Assembly (NCBI GenBank): GCA_050273025.1
Contig: CP158635.1
Span: forward strand, 15,934,001-15,998,000
From: Cenococcum geophilum
Taxonomy: Eukaryota
Direction of reading: 5' to 3'
Length of the DNA: 64,000 nucleotides
The position numbers were made by a program, and so were the translations under genes. The notes under the pieces are model-generated. The model saw only the letters and a program-made list of their open reading frames with translations. It was not told the origin of the DNA and ran no database searches. The number at the start of each line of letters is the position of its first letter. The stretch's first letter is position 1. Below are positions 11,289 through 23,000 of this stretch, in pieces.

Positions 11289-14200
11289 GGTATTCTATAT
11301 AGCTGCGTCTTATATTTTTACTACCTCCTTCTATTATTAGTAACCTTCTATCCTCTATTACTATTATAGTACTCTACTAGTATAACGCTAGGTCTTTATC
11401 TAATAAGATAATTATTTCCTTATTTCCTTTTCTTTCTATTATTTATGGGTAAAGGGCTTCCTAGCTAGTATATTTAGGCATATTACCTCTTTAAGGGGCT
11501 ATCGCTTCTTATATATATCTCGTTCCTTATATAGGTTTTAGTATTTAGTATATATTTTCTTTTACTAGGTAGCCTTATACTATAACTACTCTCTATATAG
11601 TAGTTAAGTTAATATATAAGTCTAGTAGTAGAACTACTACTTCGCGTTCTAGTATGGCGCGTAGTATTCTTCTATAGGCCCCTACAGTTCTATATAGGCA
11701 CTAGTTTTATAGCTTAGCTAGTAGGGCTAGTAAGCTTTTTACTAGTACCTTACCGCCTAGTCCTAAGCCCTAGATTTAGGAGCCGTATAGTATTATTAGC
11801 CTTACTACTACTATATATAGTAGGCGTATATATTTAAAAGAGGGTCCTTATATTTAGTTATTTATAATACTGCTAAAAGTACTACTCCTCCCTTATAAGT
11901 AGTCTATATAATATACTTATTCTAGTTTAACCTAAAGTCTACCTAAACCCCTAGGACCTTAAGGGTAGCTTCTAGTTTTACTTTATAGCCTTAGATATTT
12001 ACTATTAAGGCTAGGTTACTACTTACCCTTCTTTTCCTTATAAAGTAGATAAGCTAGTAATTATCTTAGACTATATACCTGTATAGATAACGCTTAATGT
12101 CGCTATACTAGCGTAACAAACCTGCTAAAGATACGTTACTAAGAAATTTAACTTAAAAAAGTATACCTAGGAAGTTACTAATAGGCTAGTAGCTATACCT
12201 TAGGTATTACTAGAGAATATCTAAAGGATTATAAGTAACTACTTAAAAGAATACTACCTAAAGGCCTAGCCTAGAAAATACGCCTACCGTAAATAGTTAC
12301 TAGAAACGGCCTAACTACTTATAGGCGTAAAAAGGGTAAGGTAATAGTATAGCGTAATAAATAAAGCCTACTACTAATAGAGCTATAAGGCCCTAAAGAA
12401 TAGGCCTAAGAAGATAATATAAAAGGAGGGTAGAAATAGCTAGCGCTAATTTCTAAAAGAAATTACCTTAGACCCTACTAAACTATATAATAAGGGACTC
12501 TAGTATATATTAAAGTAAAGTAGGCGAGCTGCTAAAGAGACGCTAGGGGACTTTTACCTATTTATACTTTACTAGATAGAATAGAACTAGTATATAAATA
12601 ATAATAAGGAAAATATTAAAATATTAGTAGAGGTTCTTTTTAGGCGCGGGCTAAACAGACCTATAGAATATTAGTAGCTAATTCTACCCCTTACCTATTA
12701 ATATAAGTTATATAATATTAGTAAAAGAAATAAAGGACGCTATATAAAAGCTCCCTACTAGTAAAGCGTTAAGGCTAAATAAGGCAATTAAAGCTATAGT
12801 AAAAGCGGTAGTAATACTATTCGCTAACGTCGTAACTACCTACCTTTAGAGAGGCAAACTACCTAAATACTTTAAAGTAATAACTATAGTCGTCTTATAA
12901 AAGGTATAAAAAAAGACTACTCTATTTTAGAAAGCTACTAACCCTAAAAAGGCTCTTAAAAAAGATAGTTATAAAACGTATATAAGAAGCGGCAGAAGTA
13001 TAAAGCTACTACCATAGATATAAATAGGCTTAAGAAAGAAAAGATTAACCCTTTTAGCCCTCTTCCTAATTACCTTTAGTATCTAAGCGGTATAGTAAGC
13101 TTACCTAGAATATATTATATCTATACTAAGCCTAGACCTAAGCGGAATATTTAATTATATATTATATAAGAGATTTCTATAAATCCTAAGAAATAAAGGC
13201 CTATTAAACTAGATAATTAAGTTTATCTAAGCCTTTTTAATAGGGTGTACTATAAAAATTATAATTAAGGGCTATAAAAGCGAATTAATACTAATACCTA
13301 TAGGTATTATATAGGGATTACCCCTATTTCTAATTCTAATTCTTTTCTTTATATTTAAACTACTAGAGATATATAATAATAGCTAGAATAATAGCTATAT
13401 AGAACTATAGGGGCCTATAAAAGGACACTATATACCATAATAGAACGTAAAGTAGTACTACTACTACTAGACGTATATATAGAAGCAACTGCTATATAGA
13501 GGGCATCTATAGTATAAGGCCACCTAGTAAAGAAGAAGATATACTAAATAGTAGAGCGTATATAAGGAGCAAGGGCCCTATAAAGAAGCATTACGCCTAA
13601 GCTTATAAGTTAAAAAGCCCTCTATCTATAAGTGGTAGAAAGAGAATAGGAAATATAAGAGCTACTATAATACTTAGAGCTACGCTAGTAGAGCACTATA
13701 GTAATAATAAAGGATAGGGGGCCACTAGTATAAGTGGAGATCTACTATATATATCGCAAGATAGGTAGATATTAAGTGAAAACAATGCTAAAAGAAGGCG
13801 GTAGAAGCGTAGAGAGGAACTACATAGAGTACCCTATAAATAATATTAACTTTCTCTCTATATAAAGGACAGATAAAGGCAGAATTTATAGCCGCCTTTC
13901 TATTATAGATAGAGGTCTTAGGGCTAAACGTATATCTAGTAAGTATCTATATCCTAAATACTATACTATACTATACGTATAAATAGCCTATATAGTTAGT
14001 ACGCTATATAATACTCTTCTATAACTACTATATAGTAAAAGACTAGCTATTTACTAGGGTGGGCATAAATTATATTACTTAAATACTATTTATAAGTAGG
14101 GGCCTATATAAAACAGTATAATAGTTTATAGGTTAAGTCCTCTAGTAGTTTTAGATAGCGTATAAGATCTAATAAGAGGATATAGGGGATAGGCCCCTTT

Positions 14201-17174
14201 TTGGCCCCTTAGGGACTAAATAACCCTACTAAGCTAAAGGCAGCTTATAGGCGACTTACTAGACCCTCCTACTACCCCCTAGATCTTCTAAGATACCTTA
14301 GAAGTATAGTATAAAAGGTAAATATATTATAAAGGTAAATAGGCTAGGTATAGGCGGAGCGCATAAGACTAGCTAAAAGGAAACACCTAGGTTTTTCCCT
14401 TATTAGGGATTTTTCCTATAAATAGAAGGTAGAAGCCTATATAGACCTAATAAAGGGACTAAATCGGGCAATAAATAGAATAAATAAATAATAATAAGAA
14501 TAGCTAGGATATAATAGTCCTAGAATATATAGATAATATAAGCCTAATTATATAGGGAAATATAGTAGTAGAAAACTATACTAGGCTAAACTAGGCATAT
14601 AATAGGTATATTATATAGGCAAAACAATATAGCGCTAAATTCGTACTAAATAATTACTAGCTTATTTACTTTATAAGGGAAAAAAGGGTAAGTAGTAACC
14701 TAGCCTTAATAGTAAATATCTAGAGCTGCGAAGTAAAACTAGAAGCTACCCTTAAGGTCCTAGGGGTTTAGATAGACTCTAGGTTAAACTAAAACAAGTA
14801 TATTATATAGGCGACTTATAAAGAAGTAGTAGTATTTTTAGTAGTATTATAAATTACTACTTTAATATAAGGACCCTCTTTTAAATATATACGTCTACTA
14901 TATATAGTAGTAGTAAGGCTAATAATGTTATACGACTTTTAAATCTAGGGCTTAGGACTAGGCGGTAAGGTACTAGTAAAAAGCTTCTTAGCGCTACTAG
15001 CTAAGCTATAAAACTAGTACCTATATAGAACTATAAGGGCCTATAGAAGAATACTACGCGCTATACTAGAACGCGAAGTAGTAGTTCTACTACTAGACTT
15101 ATATAGTAACTTAACTACTATATAGAGAGTAGTTATAGTATAAGGCTACCTAGTAGAAGAAAATATATACTAAATACTAATATATATATAAGGAGCGATA
15201 GCCCCTTAAAGAGGTAATACGCCTAAATATACTAGCTAGGAAGCCTACTACTTATAAGTAGTAAAGAGAGAAAAGGAAATATAGAAACTATTAGCTTACT
15301 AAACAGAGACCTAATACTATACTAGTAGAGCGCTATAATGGTAATAGAGAATAAAAGGTTACTAATATAGATAGAAATCTACTATACTAATTATAAGATA
15401 GGCAGATCTTAAATAGAAGCGATAATAGAAGAAGGTAGTAAAAATATAAGACGCAGCTATAAAGAACACCCTATAGTTAATACTAATAAAGGTAAAATCT
15501 ATAGTCGCCTTTCTACTATAGATAGAGGGTTTAGGCCTAAATATATAACTAGTAAGTATCTATATTTTAAATACCTTACCTTAATATATATATGGGTGGC
15601 CTACTTAGTTAGTACGCTATATATTACTATTCTATAGTTACCGCTTAGTAAGGGACTAGCTACTTACTAGTATAGGTATAAACAATATTACCTAAATACT
15701 CTCTATAAGTAGAGGCCTATAGGTAGTAATAAGATAGCTTATAGGCTAAGAAGTTCTTTAATAGTTCTAAATAGTATATAAGATCTAATAGAAGGATATT
15801 AAAGGGTACGCCCTTTTCTAGCCCCTTAAAGACTAAATACCCCTACCTAGCCGTAGGTAGTACGCTAGCGAATTACTAGATACTTTTACTACCCCCCCTA
15901 AATCTTCTAATATACCTAAAAAATATAGTATATAAGGTAGACCTAAAGATATAAAGATATATTAGTTTTATATATTCTACTTTTACTAAACTAATATATC
16001 TTTTTATCTTTAGGTCTACCTTATATACTATACTTTTTAGGTATATTAGAAGATTTAAAGGGGGCAGTAGGAGTATCTGGTAATTTATTAGCGTACTACC
16101 TATAGCTAGGCAGCGGTATTTAATCTCTAAGGGGCTAAAAGGGGTACATCCTTTAGTGTCCTCCTATTAAATCTTATATACTATTTAGAACTACTAAAAA
16201 ACTCCTTAGCCTATAAGCTATTTTAATACTACTTATAGGCCCCTACTTATAGAGAGTATAAGTAATATTATTTATACCTATACTAGTAAATAGCTAGTAC
16301 CTTAGTAAGTAGTAGCTATAGAAAAGTAGTATATAGTATACTAACTAAATAGGCTATCTATAAGTATATTAAGGTATAGTATTTAAAATATAGATACTTA
16401 CTAGCTATATATTTAGGCTTAAAATCTCTATCTATAGTAGGAAAGCGGCTATAGATTTTACCTTTATTAGTCCTTTATATAGGAGGAGTATTAGTATTAA
16501 CTATAGGGTATTCTATATAGCTACGTCTTATATTTTTACTACCCCCTTCTATTATCGCTTCTATTTAAGGTCTACCTATTTTATAATAAGTATAGTAAAT
16601 CTCTATCTATACTAATAGCCTCTTATCCTCTATTACTATAGTAGTACTCTACTATTACGGCGCTAGGTCTTCGCCTAGTAAGCTAGTAGTTTCTATATTC
16701 TCTTTTCTCTCTTTACTACCTATAGGTAGAGGGCTTTCTAGCTAGTATACTTAGGCGTATTACCTCTTTAAGGGGCCCTCGATCCTTATATACGTTTTAA
16801 TATTTAGCGTATATTTTCTTTTACTAGGTAGCCTTATACTATAACTATTCTCTATATAGTAGTTATATTAATATATAAGTCTACTAGTAGAACTACTACT
16901 TTATATTCTAGTATAGCGCGTAGTATTCTCTTATAAACCCCTATAGTTCTATATAGGTACTAGTTTTATAGCTTAGCTAATAGCGCTAAGGAACTTTTTA
17001 TTAATACCTTACTACCTAGTCCTGGGCCCTAGATCTAGCAGCCGTATAGTATTATTAGCCTTACTATAAATAAATCAATAAATAAATATCTATATAATTT
17101 TCTATATAATCATTTCTATAAATTCTATAATTAATTACTAGTATAAAAATATATATCTATACGCCTATATATTT

Positions 17175-18025
17175 ATATAAAGCTCTATATAAAGCTCTAT
17201 ATAAGGCTCTATATAAGGCTCTATATAAAGTTCTATATAAGACTCTATATAAAGCTCTATACAAGGCTCTACTTAAAGCTCTACTCGAAGCTCTGCTCAA
17301 AGCTCTGCTTAAAGCTCTGCACGAGGCTCTGCACGAAGCTCTGCACGAGGCTCTGCACAAAGCTCTGCACGGGACTCTGCACGAAGCTCTGCTCGAAGTT
17401 CTGCTCGAAGCTCTGCAGGAAGCTCTGCAGAGGCTCTGCACGAGGCTCTGCACGAGGCTCTGCACGAGGCTCTGCACGAAGCTCTGCACGAAGCTCTGCA
17501 CGAAGCTCTGCACGAAGCTCTGCACGAAGCTCTGCGTACGGAGGCTCTGCTCGAAGCTCTGCGTACGGAGGCTCTGCACGAAGCTCTGCGTACGGAGGCT
17601 CTGCACGAAGCTCTGCGTACGGAGGCTCTGCACGAAGCTCTGCGTACGGAGGCTCTGCACGAAGCTCTGCGTACGGAGGCTCTGCACGAAGCTCTGCGTA
17701 CGGAGGCTCTGCACGAAGCTCTGCGTACGGAGGCTCTGCACGAAGCTCTGCGTACGGAGGCTCTGCACGAAGCTCTGCGTACGGAGGCTCTGCACGAAGC
17801 TCTGCGTACGGAGGCTCTGCATAAAGCTCTGCATGAAGCTCTGCACGAAGCTCTGCGTACGGAGGCTCTGCATAAAGCTCTGCATGAAGCTCTGCACGAA
17901 GCTCTGCACGAAGCTCTGCACGAAGCTCTGCACGAAGCTCTGCAGAAGCTCTGCACGAAGCTCTACGCGGAGCTCTGCGTAGGGCTCTGCGTAAGCCTCT
18001 ACTAAAGCTCTGCGCGAGGCTCTAC
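17175..18025 (-). repeat. Expanded 12-bp array of copy B containing a 27-bp higher-order unit
   Basis: (GAAGCTCTGCAC)n plus ~12 copies of GAAGCTCTGCGTACGGAGGCTCTGCAC at ~17527-17872. Confidence 0.95.
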
Positions 18026-18519
18026 CTAAAGCTTACCCCCTTCTATAAAGCAAATCTATACCTACTAGTAGTCCTTAGTTATTATTTAAAGCTGGCTCGT
18101 CGGTTTGGGTACTCTAGCTACAGTAGGAAGAGGGCGGCGGTGGTCGTGGGCTGCTACGACTCGGGGGCGTCGGGCGCGACGACGAGATAACGAATTAGAA
18201 TCGGGCAAATCGGGCAACGTAGTCTTCTTCGCCAGGTTTGCTTTGGTAATTCTAGCCATTAGGAATAGTTTAGGGAGCTATAAGAGTTGAGACAATTTGG
18301 CTCAAAGTAGGTGTATATAGGCCTAAATACCCCGCGCGGGACTAACAAAAATCCGAACCGTGTACCAGACCTTCTAACGAAGGTCTTGCCAAAAGCGGCT
18401 AGCGGCTTGGCAAGGTAAGCCTTGGCAAGAAGGTCTGGGAACGAGACAACCGATACGTGGCCGGGTATCCTAAAAGGGTGTAGGGCATCTACCTCACGGG
18501 CCAAGTAGGGTCCCTCCCA

Positions 18520-18685
18520 TACAAAATCTCTACCGGTTATAACGATTTTGGTAGGGAAAACTTAACGATATCGTGAATAGTCAGTATATTGTAATATTAC
18601 ACCAAAAAAACTTTGATTAAGGGGTGTAGATTGTAATATAGAGTATATCGTTGTAATCAAATATCGTACTAAAGAGTTTTGACTG
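18520..18685. mobile_element. Degenerate MITE remnant
   Basis: Right end ATATCGTACTAAAGAGTTTTGACTG|TA resembles the end of the 51738-52073 MITE; left end poorly conserved. Confidence 0.4.
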
Positions 18686-19439
18686 TAATTATATGTCACT
18701 TATACGCATGCTTACGTATCTTAACTCGCTCTATGCTAGTACTAGCCTTACACTCGCTTGCACAATTAGCTTCTACTTTTACACCCTACTAAACTCTACC
18801 CCGCACACTCCCTAGAACGCTTAGTACATCCTTTACCTTATTAGTTTTAGTTTTAAGCAGAGTATCCCTTGCCGCGCTAAACAACAGTACATACTGGACG
18901 GTACTGGTGGCTCGTGTACTCTAGAGCCGGGTTCCGCCACATGTGGCTCGATCTTTCCCTCAACCTTTCTCTCCCCTCGAATTCAGTATATCTCGACAAC
19001 GGTGTGACCCGGAGCCGGCTAACCATCCTCCCTGCTAGCGCTATTGGCGTATACTACGTTTAAATTGTATTAATAAGCTTAGGTGTCATCATAACACCTT
19101 GCTCTCACAATGGCAAATGAACTAAATTTGAGTATAGCCGGTGTGGCTTCCGCAAAAGATATAGAGCATTCAGGAAAACAACGTCACCTTTAGCTGGTCT
19201 TACTATGAAAGGACGGGCTAACAAGGATAATATATATGCGATGGCTTCGGTGCTGACTGACCAACGCTAAGATCGATTCTCAAGCTTTACTAGTAGATTG
19301 GTCTATGAGGATTTCCACCGCCGTGTTTCGACGATTGTTCTTTTGCAGCCAAGAGTGGTATTCTACCGTCTCCATCATCATAATCCAGGTTAGCTCCCTT
19401 ACCTAGTAGGAGTTGGACGACCTCACCATGCCCATTGAC

Positions 19440-20050
19440 CGCTGCCTAACACAGCGGGGTGCGCCCGGCTTGATCCCGAGAATTGACATCAACCATATTG
19501 CTTGCCAGAGGAGCTTTAATCACAATACGTGTCCCTTTGAAGCTGCTCGCGACAGCGGGGTGAGACCGCGAATATACCTCAGGTTGGGATCTACGCCTTC
19601 CCGAAGCTGTCTCGTTGCCCATTAGTAGCAGCATTGTTAAGCTGTGTAAGTTTGATCCAAACTAGGTTGTACTCAAATCCGTGTCGTTTGCGAGCAAGTT
19701 TGTAGCACGCGTCCTTGACCACAAATAGCAGCCGCCTTAACAGAATTCGCATTCACGATCATGCTCGCCATGTGTACCTTCAGTTTAGTGCTCGGGAAAT
19801 AGTGACACCAGCTGGTGGCCGCTCAGCTCGTTGCCCGCCGCTGCCTTGACCACCTCTTCTGTAATCAAAACATCGGCCCCTCCTCGATCGAGCAGAAGCA
19901 TCACTACTTCCCTTCCACTCTCCCTATTCCCCGACGCTGCCTTGATCACCCCTTCTGTAATAGGGGCATCCGCCTCTCTTCGATCAAATAGAAGCCTCAT
20001 CACTTTGTCGCTAGTTCCTGCTACTGCCTTGACCACCTCTTCCCATCCCA
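19440..20050 (-). pseudogene. Fragment of ankyrin-like repeat region, as in fungal NACHT/HET proteins
   Basis: Repeats LLLDR.GADV.ITEEVVKAAAGN, plus ankyrin-like VDVNSRDQAGRTPL, in broken frames. Confidence 0.65.
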
Positions 20051-20070
20051 CCCTCGAACCATACCCCTAC

Positions 20071-23000
20071 TTACTTACAACTCCACCACGTCCAAAGAAT
20101 CCACCAACACGTCTTGCAATTCTCCCCACCATGCGGCCAATGCAACTTCCCATCATCCCCGAACGATGGCGCCGCTCCAGGACACGACCACTCGACGATC
20201 ACGACGAAGAGACACAGCGCGGCGACCTTGGCTACCACCACCGACATGAACTGGCAGTAGCCGTTCTCCGGGGCGCAGGCGACCAGCGCCGTGAAGACGA
20301 CCCCGAGAATCAGCAGCACCAACGTGATCGGGAAGAGGGCAGCGATGAGTGCGAGGGCGGCCGCTACGACGACGGCGACGACAATGCCGCGCAGGATGAT
20401 GCCGGCGGCCCAGACGAGCCACTCCCCGACGTCGAGCTCGGGGACGGGCACGCGGACGGAGAAGGATGGGAGGCGCCAGGGCTCGCGAATGGCGCCGAGG
20501 ATGTCGGCGCGCGCGTGCTCCGTCGTCCACTCCGTCTCAAACCAGTCCTCGTTGTACGACGGGAAGCGCGAGGTCAGGTCTGACGCGAAGTTCTTTCGGC
20601 TCATTGTCCCGGCTCCCGGCTGCAGGTACGAGTCGAGGTCCAGGTGGGACACCTGGCCCAGGTCGAGGAAGCCGATTTCGATCTCGCGCAGGCGCATCAG
20701 GCCGATCTTGGGCCGGTGGAGCGTGATGGAGTTGGTGAAGTCTTCCTCGTAGAGGGCGGGGCCGGTCACCCTGCACGACTTTCCAAGATGCTCCCATCCC
20801 GGGGGCAGGTTTCCTAATAGCGACGTGGTTTCGCTTGGGGCGGATTGGGGGTTGTCCGTCTGGGATGTCTTCCGACTGAGGAGAATGTGTCGCTGTAGCA
20901 CGGTGACGGCCGCTTTATTGCCGGCCAACTTGAGGTCTGTGATTGCCGTTGCCTCGGAACCGCGTGGGCCAGGTGAGGTCATGTAATTTCTGGTGGTCTC
21001 GGCCATGTGCTCGTCGTCCATGACCTCATCAAGCCTTCGACAGATTTCTGCCATGACTGTGGGAACGATGGCAGGACGACAGTGCCTAAGATACATACTG
21101 AAGATGGACGAGCCCGGCCCGCTCGTGCTAAAACTTAGCTTTTGTTCAACACGCGCCCCGAACTGGAGAAGGAGTAGGAACCGGTCGAGACATTCTGACT
21201 CGTTGAGGAACTTGGGATCGCTTATGAACTCCCAAGTAAGGCTGGAATTCGACAAACCCAGTACGTCTGATTTTCCAATGGGCCCATTGCAGAGCCATGC
21301 AAGAGTCCTTATGTCGACTGGTGGGTCCAATATGAGCGCCCTCGCGAGCAGGTTGACGCCCATATCCCCCTTGGTCCACCACTTTAGCCGCACCCGACTC
21401 CTGAAGCGTGCGTAGCAATAAAGATCCTCCCTATTGCTCAACTTCCCTTCCCAAGACTCTATGGCATCCTTCATCAGCCGGAAAAGCTCTTGTGTATCCT
21501 TCTGGCGTCTTTCGGAACGGAATAATTTCATACTGCGATAATTGTCATCATATGTCAAAGGAACCGCTGATGCGGGGCCAAAACCCTCTTCTTCGGTCGT
21601 TTCTACTACGATTACTGGCGCTTTTGGCGGCAATGGAGTCGAATCTGTGTGGTTTTCGCTATCTGAGTCGACGACGATGAGCGGAGTATCTAGAGAGTCC
21701 TGGCCGGAATCGGAGTGCTCGGCGTCAACTGGTGCGACAACGACAAGTGGCGCCTTGGTGTTATCGTCCGCGGATATCGTGTGGTCGTCAGTGGCGGTGA
21801 CTGGTGTAAGGGGAACTATAGCTGTATCACGTAGCCACCAAGACCTCTCTTTGTACCTAGCCCTTACGGCGAGCGGCAACGGTTCGTAGGTTGTAAGCTC
21901 ACCGGCTGGTGTCTGCCCTTGTTGCTCCAATGCGATAGATGCTGGGCAGAGTGTCAACGGAGCATTGCTCGCAAGCCCGTTATCCGGTGACGATTGCGTG
22001 CGCTGAGCAGCTTTTCTCGCCTCATCGACTTCTTTAGCCGAGGACTCCAAGTACTCCCACGGTCTGTAATCCCTTGAATCTGGGTACGGCTTCAGAGTTT
22101 GCTCGAGTACGGCCCTAACTCGATCGGCAAGGCGACGTTTACTTCGGGACATCCACCTCCTCCCCCCCAAAAAATCGTCGATATCAGCCTTAGCATCCAG
22201 CAGCCCCGGGTCCTTCGGCGGCGGCTCCCCTCGCCGGAAGAAGCTGCACCAAACCACTAAGCCGTAGACGAAGAGGTCACACTTCCGGAGACCTTCAAAG
22301 TCGTGCTTGTCGTCGGCTTCAGCTCTCGGTGGCAGCCACTCTTCGGTTCCGTAGTAAGACTCCTTCTCCTCCCGAATCTCTAGGGGAGTCTCGTTTGCAG
22401 GGGGCTCTTCTTCAACTTTGCCATATGCGCACCCAAAGTCACACAATTTTGCGCGGAACCCATTAACATGGTGTCTAAAGATAAGCACGTTTTGCGGCTT
22501 AAGATCACCATGTGTGAAGCCATTCTCGTGCAGGCTACCCAGGCCATGTCCGATATCGATGCACAGGAGTCGTACGACCTCATACGGGTCTTGTGTCAGT
22601 CCGATGAACTGTGACAGAAAGCTTCCAGTTGATCTAAATGCCGAGGCTGGAATCGATACGCCGATTTTGTGCGGTCGGCAGGCCGAAATACCTCGTTCAA
22701 CTTGAATATCGGGGGCGTATTCCCGGGTGGGGAATAGACGGCGCAGAAATTCCAGGAGATTCCATTCCGCTCTTTCAAGGACGAGGATAGGAGTTTGGAG
22801 ATAGCGACAGCATGGACTGTCGTGTGATTCAAGCGTGTCTAGGCACAGGCCCCAACCCATGAGCTGGACTATATTGGGGTTATTCCGAAAGAGATTCGGG
22901 GAGAGCGCCAAGACTTCGCATTCGGCTGCTCGAAAACGATTTGCAAGGTCATGTTCACTGCGTTCGACCTCTTGGGCCTGAGAGTTGGCATCCTGCGGCT

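Larger units (their letters stand above)
10215..17068. mobile_element. Nest of RIP-degraded LINE relics in copy B (mirror of 1050-7690)
   Basis: Segments: ~10215-12065 (-); ~12065-15968 (+, RT motifs, with nested LINE ~13390-14497); ~15969-17068 (-). Junctions match those in copy A. Confidence 0.8.
1..18449 (-). mobile_element. Same TIR element, copy B (inverted relative to A; begins ~32 bp upstream of the window, interrupted by A, body at 9045-18449)
   Basis: 9045-18449 is a near-colinear reverse complement of A, ending ...GGTCTGGGAACGAGACAA at 18449. Bases 1-48 match the reverse complement of 8965-9012 and join seamlessly to 9053 onward when A is removed. Confidence 0.85.

Noticed and set aside
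17527..17872. CRISPR-like regular repeat
   Set aside because: Units are contiguous and near-identical with no unique spacers; eukaryotic context, no cas genes.
49..18449. Single foldback element with 9-kb TIRs, or an assembly fold-back artefact
   Set aside because: No convincing TSD around 49/18449. The centre contains a complete element end plus an 8-bp TSD, and the arms have private indels; nested insertion explains all of this.
18690..19100. Possible solo LTR(s); similar AT-rich patches at ~41450-41600 and ~52240-52450
   Set aside because: Repeat-like composition, but no clear TG...CA ends with a TSD could be assigned.
19831..20797. Several overlapping antisense or alternative-frame ORFs
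   Set aside because: Shadows of the GC-rich kinase 3' coding region.
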